Assembly: GCA_028023455.1 (NCBI GenBank)
Contig: JAQFVV010000004.1
Location: 7,502,001 to 7,566,000 of the forward strand
DNA from: Epiperipatus broadwayi
Taxonomy: Eukaryota; Animalia; Onychophora
DNA: 64,000 nt
Direction: 5' to 3'
Made by a program: the position numbers and the translations under genes. The notes under the pieces are model-generated. The model was not told the origin of the DNA and ran no database searches. It saw only the letters and a program-made list of their open reading frames with translations. This document shows positions 11,279 through 26,329 of this stretch, one piece after another (the first letter of the stretch is position 1; every line of letters begins with the position of its first letter).

Positions 11279-14049
11279 GGATGTCATTTGTTAAATAGCA
11301 TAGTTGGAAATTTAAAGGAGTTTGTGATCTGAATATGACTTAACAATTATACCTGTTGAAGGATTTCATATATATATATATATATATTTAATATCATATT
11401 TTTATATTTATATAAACAATGTTGTCTTCATAAAAAGTGTTTTAATTTTAGAGCATTAGCTTGGATAATATAAAAACGTAAAGATAATTGCTAGATGTTT
11501 GAATGTGATCCATTATTTTTCAGTGATGAAATTCAATAGCCAGAAATTATTACAGAGATTATTTAAAATATTACTATCTATTATCCACTGATTACTTAAA
11601 CTTATGGTAGATCAATTTACAGTAAATAAAGAAGACTAACTACTTTTAGGATATATGAGTAATTTATGATTGCTTTCTTCTAGCACTTTTATTAATTCCT
11701 TACATTTTCTATAAAATTCCTAATGCAATGCAATTTTTCCTCTGAATTATTTTTTTGCAATAATCTCAAAAATGTATAACTCTATTATTTATCTTTCCTT
11801 CTGACTTTTATTAATTCAAATAATATCTTCTAATTGATTTTTTAAAATAAATTCGTTTTGTTTTAATCTTTGCTTTAGTACTGCAAATCCTTGGAAAAAC
11901 TGATATTGTTTCTAAATATATTTTTATTTTTATTAGCTTTGCAAATATTATCATATGTTATCTCTTATCTTCCTAACATTTTTTATTCATCTTTGGACCT
12001 GGTATTTATTTTTCTTAAAAATCTATCATTTTAAATTTATGTCTTATAATATCTAATTTTATTTTATTTTCTGTTTGTTTTATTTAGCCTAATTTTTTTA
12101 GATTCAATTTTAAATTATTTTTTAAAATTCTATCTGGTTCATTTTCAAGTACATCTACAATTCAAATTTAAATGTTATTCCAAAAGTCAATAGCATTTTC
12201 TTTAGGTTATATGTAGATGAGTAAATAAGCCTTAAGTTCTTGCTTGGTTTCCGTCTAAGTAAATACTTTCCTTATTAAAAATTTTCATTGTCAAATGTGA
12301 AATGGGTAATTTATTCAATTCCATAAAATCCCTCTGAAAATGTCAATGTTTAAACTCTTTATATTGGCAGCTTGAAAAATATATTAGAAATAAAATGAAT
12401 TCACAAATATTTGTGAATCATTTTATTGCTTCTAAATTCATATTATTCAATGACATATTTTATTTTTCCATTTGTTAACCTTACTATTACAATCAATGAT
12501 CATAATTAATACATCCACAGTTTTCCAATTCCCTCTTGACTGAAAATTTCCAACTTCTTTTTTATTTGTTTAAGTTGTGTTATTAATTGATTATTCACAA
12601 ATTCCTGACAATAAAAGACATATTATTTTTTTTATTTGTAATAGTTTACATAGTTGTATACTTTACATTATCATAAACTAAAATCATCTTCATTTTACTT
12701 TGGTAACTCCTAACATATTGATGGATAAGCAACCCATTGCAATATTCACTTAATACATACTCTATTTTAGATTATAATGATAGTCTTTCAGATTTGGATT
12801 TTCTTTTCTTAAAAAGTGACAACAGCAACTTACTGTCCAAAGAATGAGCTTTAATATAGTTTCACCATAGAGAGTAGCAGTACTGATAAATACTTTTAGC
12901 TGTTCAGTAACATATAATGTTACCCTTACAGATTTTAATAAGTAACTACCACCATTTAAATAGAATAAAATAATAAAATATATAAATTGTTTTTACAAAA
13001 AATTATTAGGTGTAGATGATGAAAATGAAACATTAAAGATTTCAGCAAATGATATGAAGCATAATTGTTAAAAGAAAAATATTACACCAATCTAAGGCAT
13101 CCCAGGTTTTTCAAATTCATCTTGTATCGATACTCAGTAGTTGTAAGCTCATGAATATATATGTATAAATAAATGAATAAACAATATATATATATATATT
13201 ATTAAAAAAATGATTGAAATAAGTCAGCATATAATTACAACTTCAACACTATCATCACAAACGTTCAAACAAATACTAAAGTGTAAAATGCTTTTAAGAC
13301 ATTTAAATTTTTTGATTTGTGATTTTTTGAAATCTTGATACATGAAAGTTTAATTTATGACCCAAGCATTAAACAAAAATAGTTTTTGAACATAGTTCTT
13401 CTATTTTTCTTGCAAACATTACAATTGCACCAACATTGATTTGTGAAATTACTTTTCATTACCATTTTATTTTTTTTAAAAGTAAGAATGCACATTTAGT
13501 AAAACAAAAAATGATTTTGTATGGCTAATATCTACAAATTCTAGAAATTATCAATGAAATTTTTTTCTTGAAATAGTACCTAAATGTAGTTGATAACTGT
13601 AAAATATTATTACAGATAGTAATTTCATGATATGATATCACAAGATATAAAGCCCTTTTTATTTTAATGTGAATATAATTTTTAAAAAAATTTCCAATAG
13701 ATATGATTAAATAATTCTATACTCAATTTAAAAGTTCCTTAAAAGATACTTGTAAATTTAAAATGGTATAAAAATATCTAATCATAATTACTTAACAATT
13801 ACACAATACCAATACAGTTGTCACTGAAGCAAGAGTAGTTATCTTTATGACCCCAAAATTTTAATTCATGTATTCCTAAGTGACATGTTGTTGTAATTGA
13901 ATATCCCCTACTTTTTTAAACTTTTCATTGTGAATTAAAATACTTAAAACTGTTTGATATTTATAGAAAAATCAAATAAACTGAGCAAACCTTTGAAATC
14001 AATGTTTTTAAATAAAACCATTATTACCAGAGAAATATGTTAACCACCT

Positions 14050-14590
14050 TTCCTTCCCATTCCCCACCCTAAGTTTTTTTTCATATTCTTCTCTATACTG
14101 CTCAATTCCATTTCGACATCATTTCTTTGTTCACTCTATGGCCTTTATATCTATATCTCCCTTATCTTTTTACAAACCCAGCATAAAAACCAAGAACCCA
14201 ATTTCTGTATAATCACTTTGTTTACATTTATTCACTCACAACTTCATTATTTGCATCCTTTCTGCTTGTAAGAATTTACATAAAATTAATAGATGCCTAA
14301 TATTTTCTATTCCTTTCTTAGATAACTTGTAGACTAAATCACCCACATTTTCCCATTTACATCTATATTCCCTTATTGTTAACAGTTCTTTGGTATTATC
14401 ATAAATTAACTCTTGCCCAATATTCTGTTTACTTCTATATATATTTAAACTCTTTTACTCTCCATTCTAGCTTTCCATCTCTCCAACTCCCTATTTTTTA
14501 ATAATGCATCTATTTTTCTATCCCATTCCTTGCCACTATAGCACTCACCAATTCTCCTAACACAATCATCCCACCTTTTGTATAAGTATA
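14050..14590 (-). mobile_element. Decayed LINE 3' region (L2/CR1-group-like)
   Basis: Minus-strand fragments resembling ERWKARMES...IYRSKQNIGQELIYDNTK...LGFLVF; purine-rich sense strand. Confidence 0.45.
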
Positions 14591-14594
14591 CTGA

Positions 14595-15025
14595 CTTCTT
14601 CTTCTTCACAGCCTGATTAATCCCACTTCAAGTGGGGTCACTGGTGTGGAGTCACTAGTGTGGATCATTCATCTCCAGATTTCTCAGTTTGAAGCCATTT
14701 CCTCCTTGAGTGACATCTTCTGCAGGTCTCTCTTCACTCAGTCAATCCATCTGGTCTTATGTTTCCAGCTAAATATCACAAAAAGTATACTGACATAAAG
14801 TCTTTGTCCAAATCTTCTGCATACTATACTACCTTCCTCACCATCATGTTTGCCTGTCCTTTATTCATAAGCTAATTAAATACTATTTTGGCTATTTTTT
14901 ATTATCCATATATTGCAATCTATCAAAAATTTCCATTTTGCTTTTTGCATCTCTCATATAAAAACTTGTCCATCCCATTTCTTCTTGAATTTTCTCCTTT
15001 GCTGTCCACATATCTGCATCTAATG
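14595..15025 (-). mobile_element. RTE-like LINE 3' fragment with (GAA)n tail
   Basis: Minus-strand fragments resembling RWID.V.EDLQKMSLKEEMA...IWR.MIHTSD, followed by the GAAGAAGAAG tail. Confidence 0.65.
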
Positions 15026-15155
15026 GCAAAACTTTTCATACAGTAGTGCTATCCAGTGCAAGCCAAAATAATCAATAGATTACTATTGTATGGAGAGTTT
15101 GCCTCTGTTTAGCAGCTTCTGTAAGCATTGGAAATAGTGATCATGTGATGCTTTT
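15026..15155. mobile_element. Short fold-back of family-B tail
   Basis: GGCAAAACTTTTCATACAGTAGT ... ACTATTGTATGGAGAGTTTGCC followed by GTGATCATGTGATG. Confidence 0.7.
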
Positions 15156-16466
15156 CGGCAATTTAATAATGTTTTGTTTTTTGATCTTTAAACAAATTAT
15201 TTGTCATTAAAGCAAATTAAATCTCATATATATATTTTTTATTAGGAAAAAAAAAGACATGTCCAACTCAATAATTTGTTTGTTTTTTAGATTTTTTTAT
15301 AAATATATTATGTTATCATACCTGATATTGAAATACTGAATAAAGGTTTTAATTTTTGTATTTAAATTTGTCAATTTTGATTTTGGTTTTCCAGTCTTTA
15401 TTATCAATTCTTTATCAATAAATTAGAGATCCAAATGAACTTCTAAATAAAATTCAATTATGCAATGTTCAAGATTAGATTTTCTCATTTTGAAATTACA
15501 ACACTTTTTTAAAAATTATTATTAAAATATATATAATATAAATCAAAGAGCAGATTAAAGTATTTGTTTTTATTTTATGATAATTTTAATAAAAATATTT
15601 TTAAAATACTTAAATGACATTAAATGTATGTAAATAAATCATTTTTTATAGCGCGATGTTTGTAAACTGTAATATTTAACACAACATTACGCTGTTACAC
15701 ATGTGCTTTGAAGATTTTAACTATAAATGAATGAATACATTAGTAAATTTAATATACTACATAATTCATTAGAGACAAAAACCAAAATATTACACAGGCT
15801 ATAATTTATATCTTTGAACTAAAGTTAAACCACACTGAAAAACAACTTGTGTAACTTTTTATAACTTTGTAAATTTAATTCCATTTGTGTCAAAAGGAAA
15901 CAAGACATCATTTCTAGAAATCATTATAAGAGCCCTTCATTCTGGAAATAATGAGCATGCTGTATTAAATTAACCAGCTAAAATAAATAAACATTTGATT
16001 TTGTAACTTTTTAAGCACAAACATCTAATAAAGCTTTTAAAAAATGATGAAATATGAAATTTATATAATAATCAAGAATTAACAATGTTTTCCTTACATC
16101 AAAAGGCCACACACTTATGTTCAAAACATATTTTTACTAATAGATTACAAATACAATTTAAAATAATAAAGGTCCTGTACTGCACAATTTTCTAATAATT
16201 CATTAGTAATTATAAGAATTCAGTTTTAATTGCATAAAAATATTTTTTTTCTTTATATGAAGAATATTTTATTCCCTTCTTATATCACTGAAATTGAATT
16301 CTTATTTAATTTGAATGACATGATGAACAGTTAAAAAAAGCTCAAACTATTTTTAATAAACCATTAAGACCATTGAACACCAATGCTTCAGTTTTGGAAG
16401 ATGGAGAAATATCAAAAGCACAATTATATCAATACTTAAATTCCAAAGTTAAAAATATTTTTTTTG

Positions 16467-16495
16467 TCAAGCATTGGTGGTCGAGAGGTCCGCGA
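16467..16495 (+). mobile_element. 3'-truncated tRNA-Gly SINE head
   Basis: GTCAAGCATTGGTGGTCGAGAGGTC matches the 5' end of the other copies. Confidence 0.55.
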
Positions 16496-17411
16496 TGGCT
16501 GAAGTGTAACATTAGATGAATCAGCAGTGTGATGGAATGACCGGAACTTAAATTGTAAGATGATGATTAAAGAATAATACCATATAATTTAAAAATAACA
16601 ACAATGTTTTCATGTAAATATCAATAAAAATTAAAAGAAACAAAAATTACAGTAATATAATAATCATCGTATGATAGCAAATTTTGAAGAGGAATATTTA
16701 CAGCTCCCTTAGAAATACATATGTGAATCAACTATAACCACATTTGGTATATAGAATCACAATATGTGTGTGGCAATACAACATACATGTTGGAGGAAAT
16801 TGATTGCTTTGCCTTATCACACTTTTATTGTGGATATATAATCAGACAAAATGTTTCAAAATTATCAATTTAATTCTCAAGCGCTGGTCACTTTAAAAGC
16901 AAGCATTGAAATATAGATTAATATTTATATTTCAAATTTTAAAATAACGGTTAAGCATACATTCTCTCTTTCCAACACAGAAGATTTAAGATGTATTCAC
17001 TCTCACTTATCTGTTGCACCTTATGTTTAAATATCAATACAAACTATACTGTCTGGGTTTCCACCGGAGCTATTCAGTCATATCTGGTATTATTGATTAA
17101 TGTAACAATTTATTTAACACACTAATTAAAACACAAAATAAATGGCATGCTATTCATATAAAGTTTATAGTCACTTAAATATCGAATATTCCCAAACTAA
17201 TAAAATAATGGAACTGTTATATAAAAACAAATTTAAATCTCTGTGGCATTACTATTCGAGTTTAATGAAAGTCAAGATCATTCTAATTAAATTAATTCAT
17301 CAAGAAAATTTTATCTCCACTATAAAACACACATTTTGGAATTTCTGCACTCTTGTTTGTTCTCCTATCGGTTGCATATTAAAAAAAAATATTCAAGTGA
17401 CAGTTTAATTA

Positions 17412-17619
17412 TATATTTATTAAACGCACATTGATTACGTAAGTAATATTTACTGAGACTATAACCTCGATAATATGCGTGTAAAAATGCGATTGTAGGG
17501 ACCTCTACAGGTGTTTTAACCACAAGCTTACGCTATGGAAGAAAAGAGGGGAAGCGTAAGCTTGTGGTTAAAACACCTGTAGAGGTCCCTACTATCGCAT
17601 TTTTATACGCATATTATCG
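17412..17619. mobile_element. Family-I fold-back retroposon with 17-bp TSD
   Basis: AAGTGACAGTTTAATTA at 17395-17411 and 17620-17636; internal inverted duplication centred near 17550. Confidence 0.9.
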
Positions 17620-18099
17620 AAGTGACAGTTTAATTAATAAAAAAATACATTAATTATTTTACTGCCTTTGTTCCAATAGTAATTTAAAGAAGTTATTTTA
17701 GTTTTTTCTTTTAACTGGACGATATATTATTTATCTTCAGATATGAGGCATTTTCATAATCGTTCACCGAGTGCTTTATTTATTGGATAAAAATCCCGGG
17801 GTAATAACTACATTTTTTTAATGAAATAGATGTTAAAAAGACATTCTTTCAGAATTGAAGAGGCACGATTTAGCAATATAATCCTTTAGATAAATTTATT
17901 CAAAAGTACTAGAATTTTAATATTACAATTGATCATATATATCCACTGATGTTATGAGAACAGAATAGAAACCTGACCATATCTTGGACAGACTCCATGG
18001 TAATGTGTCATACTCAGTCATCCACATGTAGGTCAGTATAATATGGTGATTTAAAAAAAAAACATGACTGAACATTGACTGTACTGAAAATTGTAAAGA

Positions 18100-18460
18100 T
18101 TTTTCTATATTTTAAATTTGCCGGTATTTGTTTTTTTGAGATGACATCAAATTTTCCCATCGTGCATCTTGATTTACACTAGATTTCCGGGGCGTTTCCA
18201 TAGTACTATAAATAATCAGGCAAGATTTTATGGTTTTCTCCTAATTGGACAAAAATGTAATCATTTTTGAAAATACAAAAGATGGGTCTCTCCTTGCAAG
18301 CGTTCGCGCGTTTCTGCCGTTTCTAATACAACTTGTTTGTTGGCTACAGAATGGCCCTGTCCCCGTACGCTGTATGTCCTACAGCAATTACTTTTCCAAA
18401 TTCCAGTTTATAAAATAATTCGCTTGTGGAGAGTTTGTTTTGAATTGTTTGAATGTTGTT
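18100..18460. promoter_or_regulatory. CpG-retaining, GC-enriched unique segment; candidate promoter or enhancer
   Basis: Local cluster of CpGs (CCGG, CGTTCGCGCG, CCGT, CGTACGC) in a window otherwise depleted of CpG; no repeat homology seen. Confidence 0.4.
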
Positions 18461-18609
18461 TTCTTGGTTTTTTTATTTTAAACTATTGAAATGTTCAGAT
18501 TTTTTAAAACAATAATTATAAGACTTTTACAACGTACTGTATTGAATTTATTTGGGTAAATGTTAAATATCTATTTTTATTGAGTTGCAATTAGGTAATG
18601 TGTCAAGTA

Positions 18610-19270
18610 AGGTACTGTTAGTACTTCCCGAGACAAAGAAGTTCTACCGTCTGTATATTTTTGAAGTAAAAAAGAGTGGTACAAAAAATATCCAGTAGAA
18701 AAGTCCAAATATACAGGTTTTTTTTGTAAATTTAATAAAAAGCAAATATTATAAACATTTTAATAAGTAAAGAAGCTTTGTATGTGTTTGTTGTTTTAAA
18801 AAGTTTGGTTTCTTTCTTCTGTCTGGTATGCTTCGATTTTGTTTTTTATTTTAGCATTACAAACAAACAGAACACTAACCTTAAAACTAACCCTAAACCT
18901 AACCCTAAACTAACACTACAACTAACCCTAATACTAACCCTAAACCTAACCCTAAAACTAACCGTAACAACTTTTACTTTTATTAGATTATTATTTTTTA
19001 GTTAACAGCAACAAAAAAGTTGTACAAGTAAAAAAATATCTAGAAAATTGATAAAAAAAAAACAAAAAGTAAAAAAATATCGATAGAAAATTAATAAAAA
19101 GAACGTAAACAATTTAAAAATATGAATATAAAAAACAGAATAAATTGTAATTTGTTGATTTTATTTTACATTTATTATTATCATTTAAATTGTATACATT
19201 AATAAAAAATAATATTTAAAAAAGACGATTTTGTTTTGTTTTTATTTTCGCATTACAAAAAAGCACAGAA
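18610..19270. mobile_element. Unclassified repeat with internal sub-repeats and a telomere-like (CTAACCCTAAAN)n tract at 18875-18968
   Basis: GTA(A/C)AAAAATATC..TAGAAAA occurs three times; TTTTATTTT(A/C)GCATTACAAA occurs twice; ~8 imperfect 11-12-nt units containing TAACCC. No TIR or TSD identified. Confidence 0.4.
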
Positions 19271-20755
19271 AAATTATTAAAATCAACGGCCCATGAATGT
19301 TCATATTTTATAGTTTTAGCGTGAAAACGGCACCATCCAATGGCATCTTTAGCTATAATACAAGCACTGAATAAAGTAAAATACTTTACATCAACTTATT
19401 ACCAAAGAAAATAATTTCAATTATTCCTTTTTTTTTTTTTTTAAAAAAAAATTATTAGAGTAATAAATTTTTGTCAATAAATAATATTAATAGACAATTT
19501 ATTTGTTTTGAACTTGTTATAAATATTATCATTTAAATAGGTTTGACTACTTATGGCATTACTTACTGTTTATTCAAGACGCACCACTCTGTGCATACCT
19601 GAGTTTATAGCCATCTAAAACAATTCACTAATTGTTTTAAATTGTCATAAGGAAAATGCACATTTGTTTATCGGTGCTATCCGATTTAAATCTCATTACC
19701 TTTTACTTTTTTTAATAATATTTAAAGTCTTAATACTAAAAAAAAAGAAAAAGATTATCCCATGGTAGCTTAGCCTTGATTCCAAACCTATCACTTGATC
19801 TACCTATCTACTATAAAATATACGATCAATAATTTTTTTTTAACAATTCATACTTTTTTCTACGATAAAAATTGAACAACAATTCATACTTTGCAGAATA
19901 AGATAGCATTTGTACAGAAATATAATGCTATAATATATTTATATATGAAAGTAAGTTAATTTGATTAATAGTATTCTGGTTAACTTAAGTCAACAATGTT
20001 GTTCTTCAATAACTTAAAATCAAAAATATGTATTTATTTATTTTTTAAGCAAATTAATAACAGTGAATTATAAAACACCTTGTAAAATATGAATCTCTAA
20101 TAATATAATTTATAATTAATTATTAGCAGAATATTATAAACACAGTATAACTAATTCTATGATTTTTATGTAGTCTTTTGCTCTTTCCAACTTCAATATA
20201 TCATTTTTCTTTAAAAAAAATAGAATTTAGTTAAGAATTTAAAACAAACACACAAAAATAGAGTTCTAAAATAAAACAGGTGGGAAATCACCCATTATAT
20301 GTTTATCTGAGGAAGAAGTATGAAACATATATAAAAAAAACAATAATAATGATCTAAAAACCATTCACTAACTATCACTAACAATGTATGCATTTTTTCA
20401 GTTTATATCACCTTCAGAATGAATAATATTTATTTCTTTTATTCTAAACAATATCAAAGAAAACATTTCAAATAAAAACTATTTTTCAGATCTGTTTTAA
20501 AAAATTCATTTTTTTTTTTTTAAATCACCAAGTATCTCTGTAATTTTTATTCCCCAAAATAATGTAGCAAATAAATAATCAGATAAAATATTTGTCTAAT
20601 TGCTTATTTTATTTTAATGGCCATAGAAAGAAACAAATTGGCACTTAAATAGATTATATGGTTAGAAGAATATAAATTAATTGTAAGTAATGTTCAAGTA
20701 AAGTTCTATTACAATTTTTTATTTTTACATAACATGTAAAAATAAAAATAAATAC

Positions 20756-20829
20756 CTTCAGTAATCTTTAAAGAAGTTTTTCCGACCAACATAAAATGAA
20801 TTTTATAATTCGATTATGAATTGTGTGCT
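20756..20829 (-). CDS. Candidate exon with ATG at 20792 (MLVGKTSLKITE, phase-1 donor)
   Basis: TTTACAG|...ATGTTGGTCGGAAAAACTTCTTTAAAGATTACTGAAG|GTATTT. The donor phase equals that of the 36322 exon. Splice-signal match only. Confidence 0.3.
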
Positions 20830-23472
20830 CTGTAAATATTACCAATACATGTACATGTGAAAATCAATGTAAGTTTTGAGTTTTCTATCATAAAAGATAA
20901 TAAGATTTCATATCTAAGCAAGTAGATACTTATTTAATCTGGTGAGTCGATCAATCTTACAACTGATAAGGCAAAACTTGTTTTAATAAACTATATCAAA
21001 GTAAGTTCCAAACAGTATAAAATACTTCATGTCAAAACTTATTCAAATGATTCAAGATCGAATAAAGCTGTTTCTCCTCAGAACAATAAAAGCAATATTT
21101 GTATGTTCATATTTGAAAAGTAAAAATCACTTTTGAAAATATGTGTAGTTCACCTAATTTGTTCTCTTCTTTTACCTTTTCAATAATATTTATTACTTTT
21201 TTTTTTTATTAAAAGAGTAAAAGAAAAAAAATATTCATTTTAAAAGAGCAATTACCACATGTCATTTATTATTGCGAGAGCTTTGAGATGACAAGTGGAA
21301 ATTATATTATTTATATCTGTAAAAAGTCTCTTTTCTTTTTTAACTCTAATGTTAAAATTTTTAAAATGAATTAAATATATTATTAGATGCATTTAAATGT
21401 GTATATAGAGATACCATATGTTTATATGTATATAAATAAACTAATCTGATAATACTTCATCATCATCAATCATAACTAGACTATTGCAATGCAACAATAT
21501 CTTTTTAATATTTCAAAATCAAATTTCAATTTAAGCTATCTTTTAATAACAATAATCTATAACGATATCATTTTCCTGCGATTTCTCTCTCAATTTAATT
21601 CTCATTTAAGACATACAGTAATTTATCAACATTCACTTTTCTTATAATATTCAAAGCTCATCTGCATATTTAACTCGTTTTTGATTATTACAATTATATA
21701 ACAAATAATGTTACAACAAATCTGACGCTGAAACCTTTTCTATTATTTTGAACATTAGATTTGCACTACACATTAAAATAATAAAATTAAGTTTTGGTTT
21801 AAGTGATGTTAAGTGAAAAACGCAAGTTTTATTTTAATATTAAACCAAGAAATACATATTTCATAGTATATAAGATTAGTTAAAATTTAAATATTAATAT
21901 TTACGATAAACTTAAATTAATTAAACTATAGTGTATGGATGTTTTCTCAAGTTAAAATAATAAATCAGGATTGTTATGAAGTTTGCACATCTTTTAATAG
22001 AAGTGAGAAATGGTACATTTATTTAAAAGGATTTGCAATTATATATGTAATATAATAAATATTATATTGATATCTGATGTTAAGTGAAAGTTATATGAAA
22101 TTCAAATATTTAATCATGTTGATACATATATAGCATTAGCATTATGAATTGATTGCCAGAATAAATATTAAAAAAAATACATTTAAACATTTTTTTAACA
22201 GGATGTAGTTTCGATGTTTAATATTGATTACAAAACACCTTTCTCTTATTTTATAGCAAATTATTTATAGTAGCATACACATATATAGAAGTATATTATC
22301 ATGACATCTAGTTTTAATAATAGTTAAAAAATCTAAGACAATCTCCATTTTGTTGAATGCATTATTGAAGCTGTTCATATCTAAGAAGTCATATATTTTG
22401 TTATTCCCGTTCTTAAAAATTTAGAAAAGAATATTTTAAATGTAGTCTTTTATCAATGTAAAAGTCATCTTAGAGAGACATTTCTTAAAATGTCAGTAGA
22501 TGTAATGTTTTATGTTATATAATTGTCACTTCTGAGAAAAATGCTCAAGATAGATATATTACTAAAGTATCTCTATAAATATATGTTCAAACTTCATATT
22601 AAGATTTTGTGAAGAATTACATAAGAATTTATCTGGTACTACATATGTTATTTGTCAATTTGCAATATTTTGTTCTGTAAAGTGTTTTAATCATACTTAG
22701 TTTAATCAGTAATAGATCAAATAGAATATACAATCTATTTAAATTCAAATTAATTTCAAATTCTTTAGTAACATTTTTAATTCTTACTAAAACAAATAAT
22801 ATTTGTAAGTTGATTTTAATTTTCAATTAAATTTTATGCATAAATCTTAAATTGAGTTAGATAGAAAAAAACTATGACCCATTTAAAAACAGAAACAAAT
22901 ATAAATAAATACTTTCTAGCATTTTGTTATTTGTTGTTTATTTATTTTATTAATTTTTTAATAAAGTTATTTTATGCTTGTTTTTTTTGGGAGGTTTCAT
23001 GTTTCCATCAGCTAATCAAATTAAAAAGAGATGCCTATAAAATAATAATAAAATGGGTTTGTTAAATGTAATAAATATAGGAATTATCCTAGAAATTATT
23101 CACTTATATAGACAAAATGTTACATTATTTAATTTTGTTTTATTTAATATTTAGTTTGTTAATATAAATATGCATTAATGTATCTATAATAACTTTACTC
23201 CAAGAGTGTATAAAATTTTATATATTAATAATGGATTGACAATACATATATGGGTATTAATGAATAGTTCTTATATTTATATAATCCCAAATTATACAAG
23301 TTTGTAGTGCTCAATAATATTCACCTACATTGTCCTATGTTTATAAACTTAAAAGTGTATATAGAGATAATATTAAATCATAGTCGTTTGAAGAATGTAC
23401 TTATTTATTTGAAATGATTATTTAGCATATATAAGATGGTTATTTTTTGTCATTCCAGTATTACTGTTGTTA

Positions 23473-23696
23473 GTAATATTTACACAGCATTAAAGCTTTA
23501 AGCATGTGCGCTTGAAAATATGAAGGTAGGGACCTCTACAGGTCATAACCATAAGCTTACTCTTTTCTTCCAAAGAGTAAGCTTCTGGTTAATACCTGTA
23601 GAGGTCCCTACCTTCGTATTTTCAAGTGCACATGCTTAAAGCTTTAATGCTTTGTAAATATTACTTATGTAATCAATGTGCGTTAAATACATTTAT
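23473..23696. mobile_element. Family-I (subfamily ii) fold-back with 14-bp TSD
   Basis: TATTACTGTTGTTA at 23459-23472 and 23697-23710; near-perfect inverted arms. Confidence 0.9.
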
Positions 23697-23771
23697 TATT
23701 ACTGTTGTTATAATGTAGTCTAATGATACTTTTGCACATCTTATCCTGCTAATATCCAGTTCAATTGCTGA

Positions 23772-23804
<33 letters not shown>

Positions 23805-24368
23805 TATTTTGATACTTTATCATTTTTAATACTAATTTAACATGCCAACACAGAGTTTGTTTATGCTTTATTGGAATTGATCCAAGTATACTTTCAATGC
23901 TTATCAGAATAATCATCAATATGACACACAAGCATTGAAAGTATACTTGGCTCAATTAATTCCAATAAAATATATATAAATTCTGTTTTGGAACTTTATA
24001 TATATATAGTAGTAAATCCCATTATAAATACAAACTATTAATAGTTATCCAACATAACTTTCATATTATAGATGTAATTTTAGTTAAATTTAATCTCATG
24101 AGATGTATGCAACTGCCAACCAAGTTGGAATAATGGATGTAGCTTTTCTTATAAGTATCTTTGATATAATTATATGATCAATTTGTGTTAAAAGTTTACT
24201 AATTGTTATGCAATTACACAAATGTCTAAATCAAAAACATAACATAAAATACTATATAATGGACTTAGTTTTATATATAAATATCCTTAATATCTGTTTG
24301 TGTTCAAGTGTATTATTACTGCACATGTACATTATGTTTAAATCAATAATATAACATAAAATACTCAC

Positions 24369-24393
24369 CATGCTTGGATGAAATAATTATAAC
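24369..24393 (-). other. Candidate 5' exon ending in ATG (phase 0)
   Basis: CAACAG|GTTATAATTATTTCATCCAAGCATG|GTGAGTAT; an alternative acceptor TTTACAG lies near 24573. Confidence 0.3.
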
Positions 24394-24789
24394 CTGTTGC
24401 ACAAACAAGTAAATATTCTAAACCAATGAATGAATTTCATTCTCTTGCAAATATAAGCTTTCAAATCATTAATCATATAATGTGAAATAACATATCAGTT
24501 TTCAGATCCTATATGAGCATTTTAGTAAAACATATTTCACCATCTTTGTGATATTTACCTCTTCATAAAAGGCTGTAAATAATTCTATTACTATGCAGAA
24601 AGTAAAAATGATTTAATGATTTAAACATATCACATATATGATTATATATTTAAAAATTCACACATAAGAAACAAAAAGATAATACTGAAGATACATGCAC
24701 AGACTAAGTCAGATATAATAGTATTATTAGCAGAAGTTTAAAATCTCTAACATACCTGATGAAGCTGTTGTTAACTAACATATATATTG

Positions 24790-24870
24790 TTAAAAGGAGG
24801 TTGCCTTGACAACAGGTTGAGATTGTTGATTGTTATTGATATTAGGATTGTCTAAATATTGTCCGATTTT
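24790..24870 (+). repeat. Family-E fragment
   Basis: TTGCCTTGACAACAGGTTGAGATTGTTGATTGTTATTGATATTAGGATTGTCTAAATATTG is the reverse complement of the 67-bp repeat at 33880 and 34234. Confidence 0.7.
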
Positions 24871-26329
24871 AAATATATATATATGAAGAATTGATCTAAT
24901 TATTTTCTCTTCACTAATGGTTAATAGTCTGGAATCTTATATTTTTAATAGGGTTCTCTAAAATCTGGTTAATTACATATACATGCATATATATGATATC
25001 AAGATTTATAGGCAAAGCTTTAATAAATTATACAAAAAATAATATTTTATTGCAATTTAAAAATATATATAGGATGCGTTTATATATACATTATTTATAT
25101 TTAAATCATACAGTATCATTTTAGGTTATTAGAATTTTAATAATTTGACTATTTACAAAATATTGAATATTGTATTATTTATTTATTAAAATTATAGAGA
25201 GCAAGTGAATCATATTAATTTACCATATATAGAATGAATACATTTATATTTGCCACTAAAATGCACACAAAAAAAAGATATTTGCATTTAAGTACTAGCA
25301 ATAAAGAAATGAATCAGTTATTTATCATCATCATTACTTGCACATCACATCATAGATTGTACACATCAATTCATCATTTATCATAATCTTTTCATGTAGA
25401 CATAACTATTTTTTTCTAATTTAGGTCATCAATCAAATTTCTATTTTTTTCACCTATTAAATATTCTAAACCTATGTATATATATCATAATCTTCTACTT
25501 TTATCATTTCATAATGTCATTAACAACAGTCTGTTTGCATTAACTTTTAGCGTAACATGATTCTAATTTACACAATGCTTTTTAGGATTGAACTCTTGTC
25601 TATATTACTTCTGTATATTGTGCAAAAGATTCATTTGCATTAGTAACAAATCTAACATCCATATTAATAAAAATCACAAGACAGAAACTAGTATAGCAAT
25701 GTGGATAAGATAAATCTGGATGTGGATTTAGAGCACTATAATTGTTCACCCAAGTCTGCATGAAAAAGGTGGAGTAACATTTCAATCAAAAATCTAGATT
25801 TCAGATGGTTCAGTCAGATGTCCCAGTTAATACTATATCTACTTTTAACAGAGTTATTAGTGAAGATGAACAATAATTATGAAGGCAAATGAAAACAAAT
25901 CCTATGGTTATAAAGGCAAAATAATTAATCTTTTGGCTTGTGAAAGCAGAATTTCTCAGAATCAACATAAACAAATTTATTAGCAGTAAAATTACAATGT
26001 GAAAGAAAATGGAAAACATTCCTTGGTATTTCTTTTGCTGATGGATATTTTGAATGATTTATCAGTTATTGTAAACTCCAGTATCCATCTATAATTTTGT
26101 GATGCTTTGTCTGATGGGAGAAGGAATTAGAGCTTCACAGATCATCATGAAATCCCTATAATAAAATAGCAACACAGAAAGTGAGAATGATGTTGAGAGT
26201 GAACACATCAGAGAACTTAAAAGCGAAAGAGAATGGAAATAAAAAATATATTGTAGAGTATCTGGTATTGAATGTAACAATAATCAGTTTCTACCAAGTA
26301 ATGCATTCAGTGGCTCATAATAATCAGAG

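Noticed and set aside
11660-12800. Decayed LINE on the minus strand
   Set aside because: Strand-biased composition suggests old coding DNA, but no diagnostic motif could be read.
18875-18968. True telomere or telomerase-healed break
   Set aside because: The repeats are degenerate with an 11-12-nt period and lie inside another repeat.
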